IMG/VR virus record: IMGVR_UViG_3300017917_001342
Location: 248,001-312,000 of that record
Length of the DNA stretch: 64,000 nucleotides
Strand: one strand, 5' to 3'
Shown here: piece after piece, positions 57,345-64,000 of the stretch
How the letters are laid out: each line of letters begins with the position of its first letter
Position numbering within the stretch: the first letter of the stretch is position 1
Position numbers and translations under genes: made by a program
The notes under the pieces: model-generated
The model's database searches: none
What the model saw: only the letters and a program-made list of their open reading frames with translations
What the model was told of the DNA's origin: nothing

Positions 57345-58037
57345 TTACTTGCGTTGTCCGAGCAGCTTGAGCAAGTACAACATTAGGTTTACAAAGTCTA
57401 GGTATAGACTCAATGCACCCATGATACCAGCTTTTGCACGTTCTTCGCCACTGGTAAGGTAATAGACTTCTTTGACTTTCTGTGTGTCATATGCAGTCAA
57501 CCCCACAAAGATCAACACACCGATTACACTGATCGCAAAGTCAAATGCAGCACTTTGCATAAAAAGGTTGACAATGCTTGCTACGATCAATCCGATTAGA
57601 CCCATTAGCAGGAACCCACCAAGACTGGTTAGATCCTTTTTAGTAGTATAACCGTAGATACTCATAGAAAGAAACATCACAGCAGTAATACCAAATACTT
57701 GGAATACAGATCCCAGTTGGTACATAAGGAACACTGTGCTAAGGCTAACGCCCATAACAGCAGCGTATGCATAGAACATTGTTTGTAGTGCAGATGCACT
57801 AAACTTTTCAAATCCAAAGCTCATCACCAGCACCATTGCCAACGGTGCAAAGACAAACAGGAATGCCTGCGGTCCGCCTAGGAACAGTGCGGTAAGTTCC
57901 GGCACAGTTGCAACTAGATACGCAACAACACCGCTGACTACAAGACCAATGCCCATGTTGTTGTAAACACTGAGCATATGTTCACGCAACCCGTTATCAA
58001 TTACAGCAGTTGCAGTATGACCATTTAGTTTTTCCAT
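57345..58037 (-). CDS. Bax inhibitor-1/YccA family membrane protein
   Basis: Seven TMs; GYTTKKDL, AYDTQK, ALSLYLDFVNL. Confidence 0.9.
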   Translation of the reverse strand: MEKLNGHTATAVIDNGLREHMLSVYNNMGIGLVVSGVVAYLVATVPELTALFLGGPQAFLFVFAPLAMVLVMSFGFEKFSASALQTMFYAYAAVMGVSLSTVFLMYQLGSVFQVFGITAVMFLSMSIYGYTTKKDLTSLGGFLLMGLIGLIVASIVNLFMQSAAFDFAISVIGVLIFVGLTAYDTQKVKEVYYLTSGEERAKAGIMGALSLYLDFVNLMLYLLKLLGQRK

Positions 58038-58108
58038 TAACAGTACCCTTTCTTAAGGTTATATGAAAAACAGTTATAATATAGTACAGTGTTTGATTAT
58101 TTACAAGA

Positions 58109-58405
58109 TCATCTATTATTTTTTAGATGTTGTTCGTACCATTCTTCTAGTCTAGGTACAATACTATGACTATCCATAGTTAATTTAAACAAAAATGCGT
58201 CGTCTGCAGATTGAAAACAGATTGTAACAGGCTGATTTGCTACAACACGGCCTTCTTGGTTTTTTACAAAACTCAGTTTGAATTTCGCAGTACCGTCGCG
58301 GTTAGTACCGTATTCGGCTTTAATCCACTCTATTAAACGACCACCATGGCCAGTCCATATTTCAGTTGGTATACTAACATGGTAAGGTGTGGGGAGATAC
58401 GTCAC
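58109..58405 (-). CDS. Paralogue-family small protein
   Basis: EWIKAEYG...FQSADDAFLFKLT. Confidence 0.65.
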   Translation of the reverse strand: MTYLPTPYHVSIPTEIWTGHGGRLIEWIKAEYGTNRDGTAKFKLSFVKNQEGRVVANQPVTICFQSADDAFLFKLTMDSHSIVPRLEEWYEQHLKNNR

Positions 58406-59571
58406 AGTACCACCCCACTCAGCAGTTCTTCTTTGGTAGCAACATAGCCGCTATCTGCCCAGGCATTTTTCAGCCGGTTCAGCATTGCACCCAGGTCTTT
58501 ACCCGGCTTCATACCCATAGCAATCAGATCCTTACCTGTAACAGGAAACGGATCAAATTCCCAATGAACCAGAGCATTCTGACTCCATGCATCGCGCTCT
58601 TCGATTGCAGCCAGTTCAGCAACCCATTTGCGTGGTGCACCATCAACAGCAATCAGACGACGCAGGTCATCGTTACGCTTGTAATGCTTGCACAGCCACA
58701 GTGCATGATCACGTTCTTCGCTGCTCCATTTCAGGTCAACGGCAATACGTGCAACGTCATCGTAGTCCCAAAATTGCCATGCTGCCATAACAACCTCGGG
58801 ATCTTGCGAAAATTGCAAAATTGCTTTTGCAAAAGCTGGCATGTGATCAGCAAACACTGCAACATTGGTCGAAATGTAGCTGCCCATACCAATTTCGTGC
58901 ATTGCAGCAAACAGCGCAGAACCACGAGGATGAACAACGATCTTTTTCAGTTCGCTCCAAACACGCTCTCTGCTGATCTGATTCAGACCTTTGTAGTTGT
59001 CCAGGATAGCCTGCCAAGCAGCGGGATCAATGCGGCCCGGCTTGCCGAACCGTGCTTGAAAACGGAACCAGCGCAGGATACGCAGGTAGTCTTCTTTAAC
59101 ACGAGTATCAGCATCACCAACAAAGCGAACCAGTTGGTCCTGCAGATCCTGTTGACCATTGAACGGATCAATCAGCACACCATCGAACGTCATTGCCATA
59201 GCATTGAACGTAAAGTCCCTACGGCTCAGGTCTTCGATCCAATCGCGAGTGTAAGCAACTTTTGCATGACGACCATCGTGATCGGTTTCAGTACGCAAGC
59301 TGGTGATTTCATAACCAACATGGTCAATTACCACAGTGATAGTACCGTGTTGCAGACCAGTTTCTACATACCGGTAACCAAATGCACGGTAGATTTCCAG
59401 TTGTTCTGTGGGATCAGCATCAGTGCAGAAGTCCATATCCTTGGGTTCAACACCTGCAACAATGTCACGAACTGCACCACCAACTAGACGGATATCAAAC
59501 CCACGGCTTTGAAATGCAGCACGCAGCGTTTTCAGTTCTTCTGTGAAGTATTTGTCGAACACAGTTGACAC
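58402..59571 (-). CDS. cca: CCA-adding tRNA nucleotidyltransferase (class II)
   Basis: VGGAVRD, DMDF, HGT, RRDFTFNAM, EDYLRILR. Confidence 0.9.
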   Translation of the reverse strand: MSTVFDKYFTEELKTLRAAFQSRGFDIRLVGGAVRDIVAGVEPKDMDFCTDADPTEQLEIYRAFGYRYVETGLQHGTITVVIDHVGYEITSLRTETDHDGRHAKVAYTRDWIEDLSRRDFTFNAMAMTFDGVLIDPFNGQQDLQDQLVRFVGDADTRVKEDYLRILRWFRFQARFGKPGRIDPAAWQAILDNYKGLNQISRERVWSELKKIVVHPRGSALFAAMHEIGMGSYISTNVAVFADHMPAFAKAILQFSQDPEVVMAAWQFWDYDDVARIAVDLKWSSEERDHALWLCKHYKRNDDLRRLIAVDGAPRKWVAELAAIEERDAWSQNALVHWEFDPFPVTGKDLIAMGMKPGKDLGAMLNRLKNAWADSGYVATKEELLSGVVL

Positions 59572-59626
59572 CCTTTTTTGTATGTAGCCATAATAGCATA
59601 ATACACTAGGGTGTCAACCGTTTAGA

Positions 59627-59887
59627 TCAAAGTTTATTGACCGCAGTGACGTTCGCAACTCTGAAACTGCGCCATTCGTTTTTGTCAGTACACCATGCTA
59701 CCATAACAGCTTCGTTGAGTTCTCTGACTCGCTTTTGACTGATAGCATCTGATTTAGTAGGTGCAGGAATCAGTGTTTCTTTAAGTGTACAGGACATGGT
59801 TCTAACCTCACCACTGACTTTGGTAAACGTTATTTCGCAAACACCCTCTTTGAGTGCGGCATGTAGTTCTTCTCTGGTAATAGTCAT
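59627..59887 (-). CDS. WYL-like/Sm-like SH3 barrel protein
   Basis: FTKVSGEVRTM.CTL...WRSFR. Confidence 0.7.
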   Translation of the reverse strand: MTITREELHAALKEGVCEITFTKVSGEVRTMSCTLKETLIPAPTKSDAISQKRVRELNEAVMVAWCTDKNEWRSFRVANVTAVNKL

Positions 59888-59896
59888 CTGTGCCTC

Positions 59897-61261
59897 TTAT
59901 CTATCAACTTTAGCTAGCTTTTTAAGTGCTAGAACTTCTTTGCGGTAAATGTCTTTTTGTTTCTTTGGATCTGCTAACAGTGTTTGATGCTCTGCAATTC
60001 TAGCACTGAGATCTGCAATCTTAGCAACGATTTCGCTGTATGCATCTTTAGCCCAGCGATAACTTGGTAGGCTTGCAATGCGATCTGTTTGATCTTCGTC
60101 TATATCAATGCCTTTACACAGGGTTTGTACTTTTGCGACAACATCGGATTTGTCTGCGGCTTTGGGTAAGAACTCAGGTAGCTTACCATCTATACAGGCT
60201 TTGAGTGCTAGGTTCCAATTCAATTGATAGGTCAAATCTGCAATGATTTTTTCAAAGCGTACTTTGTACCAACCTAGACGCCACTGCACAAATTCTGTAA
60301 TCAACTGGTCAGCAGTTTCAAACTGACGAACACTGTTGCCGTTCCAGTCTAGCACAACCAGTCGTTCTGTTACACGACTACGCAGTTTAAAGAAATCAAT
60401 TGCAGTTTCTTCAGTCCAATCTGCAATTGTACCGCGCTTGAAACGCACTTCAATTTTGATAGTTTTTGTGCTGCGGTCGATATAGGTCTGAATCTTATCA
60501 TCGTCTTCAAGACCATTGAGACGTTCTTTGAATTTCTCAAGGCTAAGGTTAGGCGGAAGTTCTTCGATCCAAACAGTGCTACCATCTATTCTTGCACGAC
60601 CTGTAAACTCCCAGGCATTGCCTGCAATGTTTCGCACGTTGCAATCAAGATAGTCATACTTGGGTGCCAGTGTTTTAATAGGCTTACCATCAATTGCTGC
60701 AACAGTGGCTTCGATTAGATCTTCAAGACTGCGAGGAAGAATGTCGGTACTCCATCCGACTGCAATACCACTGATACCATTTAGCAAAACCATTGGTATT
60801 AAAGGCAAGTAATTCTTTGGCTCCATTACACTGCCGTCATAGTTTTCTTTCAATGGCACAATGTCGTAATCTGTAAACACCAACGCATCTGTATTGGCAT
60901 TGCGCTTCAAATACGTATAACGAGGTGCACCCCAGTCAGTTGGTCCAATTTTAGTACCAAACGCACCGATACCTTGCAGCAACGGCACGTTGTTGCAGTA
61001 GGGTGCAGCCATTAGACTCAGTGTTTCTGCCGCACTGGCATCACCGTGCAGGTATACGTTTTGACTGATCATTTCGCCTGCAAGCGAAATAGTCTTGATC
61101 TTATCGCTTTTAGGTTTGATTACAAACAGTGCTTTGCGCTGTGCATCTTTAAGTCCGTCGCACACACTGGGAATACCGCGTGTTTGACACACATAGATAC
61201 TGTAGTCACGACTGGTACTTTTGATGTAATCAGTTGTAGTAGTGTTCTGTGTATCAAGCAT
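59897..61261 (-). CDS. Type II topoisomerase DNA-cleavage subunit (gp52/GyrA-like)
   Basis: DGLKDAQRK, YLHGDAS, APRY, NGISGIAVGW. Confidence 0.93.
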   Translation of the reverse strand: MLDTQNTTTTDYIKSTSRDYSIYVCQTRGIPSVCDGLKDAQRKALFVIKPKSDKIKTISLAGEMISQNVYLHGDASAAETLSLMAAPYCNNVPLLQGIGAFGTKIGPTDWGAPRYTYLKRNANTDALVFTDYDIVPLKENYDGSVMEPKNYLPLIPMVLLNGISGIAVGWSTDILPRSLEDLIEATVAAIDGKPIKTLAPKYDYLDCNVRNIAGNAWEFTGRARIDGSTVWIEELPPNLSLEKFKERLNGLEDDDKIQTYIDRSTKTIKIEVRFKRGTIADWTEETAIDFFKLRSRVTERLVVLDWNGNSVRQFETADQLITEFVQWRLGWYKVRFEKIIADLTYQLNWNLALKACIDGKLPEFLPKAADKSDVVAKVQTLCKGIDIDEDQTDRIASLPSYRWAKDAYSEIVAKIADLSARIAEHQTLLADPKKQKDIYRKEVLALKKLAKVDR

Positions 61262-63131
61262 CTAATGCAATCCATTCTTTACGTGCATCTGCACCTTTGG
61301 GGTCGAATATCAATTTAAGTGCTTCACTTAGATTACCATCATCTATCAGCGGAACCAATTTAGGTTTAACCAAACTGTGACGCCAATCTGCTTCTTCTAG
61401 ACTACCAAGACCTTTTGCACGAGTTGGCTTTGGACAGTTTTTCCAATCTTTAGGATCGTATGTGTGATAGTCGTCTGCATACCAATAGTGCCGTGTTTTG
61501 CCTTTTTCTTGAATGATAAAAGGTGTTTGGAATGCATAGAAGAATGGTTCAAGTTTTGAATCAAACAGTTCTGGCCAATGTAGATAAAAGAAGTTAACCA
61601 GCAATGCTGTGATGTTTGCACCGTCAGGGTCTTGGTCAGCAGCTAGATAAACTCTGCCATAGCGTAGATCTGCACGATTAGCCTTTTGACCTAGCGCACA
61701 ACCAATACTGGTCATTATGTCAGTTAGAATCTGATTGTCTAGCAGTGTCTTAGGTGCTTCACCGCGCACATTGAGTATTTTACCACGCAGTGGCAACGCA
61801 CCGTGTATCTCCGGATCACGTACAGCACTGACCATGGTCTTAGCACTGTCCCCTTCTGTGATAAGCAGTATGCACTTTGTACGATCTTTACCATTGGCAT
61901 CTAGTAGTTTAGGTACCTTGGTACGCATCATCTTGCGAGTAGCTTTGGCTAGCTCTGCATCGTCTTTTTTCTGTGTACGAGCAGCACACCTTGCATAGAT
62001 TTCATCAATCCATTCTTTATTGGTTTTGATAATGCTTTTGAAGGTGTTTTCATCTTCTAGCGTTTTACGAATATACACATCTACATCGTCATTGATCAGT
62101 CGAGTTTTGCTCTGACTGTCAAAGTTAGGTGCATGCATTACAGTTACGTTGTATATCAGTAAACCGTCAGCTACGTCACTGCGGTTAGGTGTTAGCCCGC
62201 GGCGTTTGCTTTCGCGCTCTAGTCCTTTGATAAGACCGCTGTAAAACAATCGTTTGAATGTGTCAATGTGCTGTCCGCCGTTGAATGCAGGAATGTCATT
62301 AACAGTAGTATGCAGATATTCACCATCGTCTGCAAAATTTGGTACCAAGTAGTAGCTGCTGTTGAAGTTTTTGTCCTTAACAACAATTTCAATCACACGC
62401 TTGTTATCAAAGAATGTTTTTGCAACAGTTGGTTTGACTACTATGCGACTGTCGTTGAAATAAAACTTGATCTTAGGATGGTTAGCAGCAATCTCGGTTA
62501 TACGAGCCTTGACAAATGCCAATGGCAAATTGATCTTCTTGAACACAGTTTTGCTGAGTTTAAAAGTCACAGTAGTACCGCTTTTCGCAGCACTTTTTGT
62601 AATCTTAGGTTCGCGAATATCAAGTTCGTCAATTGCAGCATTGCCTTCGTTAAACGTCTGTTGGAAACGCTGTCCGTCTCTAACAATGTCTAACATGAAG
62701 TATTCGCTACAACTTACCACTGTGCTGGCACCGATACCGTTGGTGCCGCGCACTTCTTCTCTTACACCAAAGTTACGTCCAGCTCTTGCCTGTGTAAGAG
62801 CGATCGTTGCTTTGTGCATACGTTCGTTTTCATCCCAGTCAATTGGAATACCGCGACCATCATCGGACACTGTGAATTCCATAGTTTTGGGATCATACTT
62901 TACATCAACGCGACTGCCATGCCCATGACCAATGACTTCGTCAAGTGCGTTGTCGAGTATTTCGCGGAATGCGCAATACACAGCAGGGGTCCATGTCATT
63001 TCAACTGGCTTGAGTTCTTTGCCATCCCAATTGACAATGGTCTGCGTATGCGGACTGCGACTACCCAAGTACATTTCTGTACGTAGTCTATGATGTTGAT
63101 AATCTGTGAGTTTTTGAATATTTTCTGTCAT
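61254..63131 (-). CDS. Type II topoisomerase ATPase/TOPRIM subunit (gp39+60/GyrB-like)
   Basis: EILDNALDE, DDGRGIP, EGDSA, PLRGK, DQDPDG, KGLGS. Confidence 0.93.
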   Translation of the reverse strand: MTENIQKLTDYQHHRLRTEMYLGSRSPHTQTIVNWDGKELKPVEMTWTPAVYCAFREILDNALDEVIGHGHGSRVDVKYDPKTMEFTVSDDGRGIPIDWDENERMHKATIALTQARAGRNFGVREEVRGTNGIGASTVVSCSEYFMLDIVRDGQRFQQTFNEGNAAIDELDIREPKITKSAAKSGTTVTFKLSKTVFKKINLPLAFVKARITEIAANHPKIKFYFNDSRIVVKPTVAKTFFDNKRVIEIVVKDKNFNSSYYLVPNFADDGEYLHTTVNDIPAFNGGQHIDTFKRLFYSGLIKGLERESKRRGLTPNRSDVADGLLIYNVTVMHAPNFDSQSKTRLINDDVDVYIRKTLEDENTFKSIIKTNKEWIDEIYARCAARTQKKDDAELAKATRKMMRTKVPKLLDANGKDRTKCILLITEGDSAKTMVSAVRDPEIHGALPLRGKILNVRGEAPKTLLDNQILTDIMTSIGCALGQKANRADLRYGRVYLAADQDPDGANITALLVNFFYLHWPELFDSKLEPFFYAFQTPFIIQEKGKTRHYWYADDYHTYDPKDWKNCPKPTRAKGLGSLEEADWRHSLVKPKLVPLIDDGNLSEALKLIFDPKGADARKEWIALDA

Positions 63132-63384
63132 CGTGTGTTAGTTATACAAGAAACGACTGCGTTGAACAAGAGTTTTTATTTTCATATGCTTAAAACAATG
63201 AAATCGGAATGTATTTTTACATCCCGACTCACTGTATTCGTTTATAATATAATAATTTAGAGTCTGACAAATTCAACGCCTTCGGCGTGGCTTGGCAGTA
63301 ATATAATAATTTATCTTGACGGGTACTTTATATTTACTAGTCTTGATAGGTATGTAGTTAATATGTTATCATCATTGGTGTAGT

Positions 63385-63718
63385 AAAACGGCAGTTTGAT
63401 TCTGTTTCCAAGTCCAAACTGCCAAAAACTCATTTACGCTGCGAGAGCGTAAGAAGGTGCAACGTTATCGTTTGCAACTGTTGATTTTCTTGCGTTAACC
63501 GAGCTTGCGCCGGGCAACTCCACTCACATAGTCCGCCTGTCGATCCTATTTCGAGCCCATCAAGAATACACACCGTGATCTAAGGCCGGAATTCCCGCCC
63601 CTTGACGTATCGAAGTCGCTGTCCAGTTTCCCGAACTATTTCGATACATGTGTACTCTTGGTGGACCCGCTGGGTACCGCCCCCAGGTCCAGAACGTGTT
63701 CCGTTTGCTTCAACGTTA
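63385..63718 (-). ncRNA. ssrA: Two-piece (circularly permuted) tmRNA
   Basis: Acceptor piece ending GGACCTGGGGGCGGTACCCAGCGGGTCCACCA (63659); coding piece starting GGGCTCGAAATAGGATCGAC (63558); G3.U70 pair; tag ANDNVAPSYALAA* at 63434-63475; terminal hairpin 63390-63423. Confidence 0.9.
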
Positions 63719-63723
63719 CAGTG

Positions 63724-63754
63724 TATTTATAGCTTCACTTTTTTGGTTTGTCAA
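63724..63754 (-). promoter_or_regulatory. tmRNA promoter (sigma70 with overlapping late motif)
   Basis: TTGACA-17-TATAAATA. Confidence 0.7.
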
Positions 63755-63866
63755 CTGGTGTTTTTTCTAACTTCTTGTCTTGCTTAGTCTGTTCTTCTAA
63801 ACATTCTGGACAAAATTCTGAACCGTATTCTGCACAATCTTTACAATGGTCTTTTTCTTTTTTCAT
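63735..63866 (-). CDS. 43-aa CxxC..CxxC peptide (not in ORF track)
   Basis: MKKEKDHCKDCAEYGSEFCPECL; ATGA overlap. Confidence 0.5.
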   Translation of the reverse strand: MKKEKDHCKDCAEYGSEFCPECLEEQTKQDKKLEKTPVDKPKK

Positions 63867-64000
63867 AGTGCGGCCTTACGCTTTTCTATCATAAATGCAG
63901 TTGCACAAGCAGGACCACAAAATCCTGCTTGATACTCAGTTAAATGGTATAATGGCGCATAATAAGATCGTTTACTAACATCGAATGTATGTAACATTGT
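63863..64000 (-). CDS. 3' end of hypothetical gene (partial)
   Basis: ...FCGPACATAFMIEKRKAAL*. Confidence 0.4.
   Translation of the reverse strand, partial: TMLHTFDVSKRSYYAPLYHLTEYQAGFCGPACATAFMIEKRKAAL

Noticed and set aside
58387-59487. 366-aa plus-strand ORF
   Set aside because: Antisense shadow of the CCA enzyme
59897-63131. Intein, intron or gene-60-type bypass in the topoisomerase
   Set aside because: Both ORFs are continuous and of expected size
63602-63787. 61-aa plus-strand ORF
   Set aside because: Antisense to the tmRNA and its promoter
1-64000. CRISPR array, transposase/integrase, reverse transcriptase/DGR
   Set aside because: No regularly spaced repeats or matching motifs seen; the repeats found are coding duplications
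1-64000. Stop-codon reassignment
   Set aside because: Conserved genes are full length in the standard code and all three stops are used

Overview
Segment of a large lytic (jumbo, T4-related) dsDNA phage genome. The host is probably an alphaproteobacterium, judged from the two-piece permuted tmRNA with tag ANDNVAPSYALAA, ROSE-type thermometers and sigma70 promoters lacking the -7 T. Positions 1-9.9 kb (+) carry late virion genes: a collagen-like fibre and a 1735-aa repeat protein. Positions 10-36 kb (-) carry rIIA and a dense run of small early genes under TTGACA promoters, including an array of paralogous small 'F-x3-DA-x2-F-x-L-x-W' proteins, an HNH-RNA ligase fusion and an SPFH/TAXI/YqeY operon. 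Positions 36.7-45 kb form a proteostasis cluster (DnaK, cyclophilin, ClpS, Hsp20, ClpX). Further on are QueD, glycosyltransferases, a candidate packaged ADP-ribosyltransferase, nitroreductases, TilS with tRNA-Ile2(CAU), Nudix, YccA/BI-1, a CCA-adding enzyme, type II topoisomerase (gp52, gp39/60) and tmRNA. The most notable observations are: the about 20-member paralogue family, one member of which carries a copy of the gp23 Gol-peptide region; a preQ1-I-like pseudoknot before queD; ROSE-like thermometers on dnaK and hsp20; and a phage tmRNA/ClpX/ClpS set. All calls come from reading motifs by eye; no database searches were run. Several starts were moved from the ORF track to ATGA/SD-supported positions.
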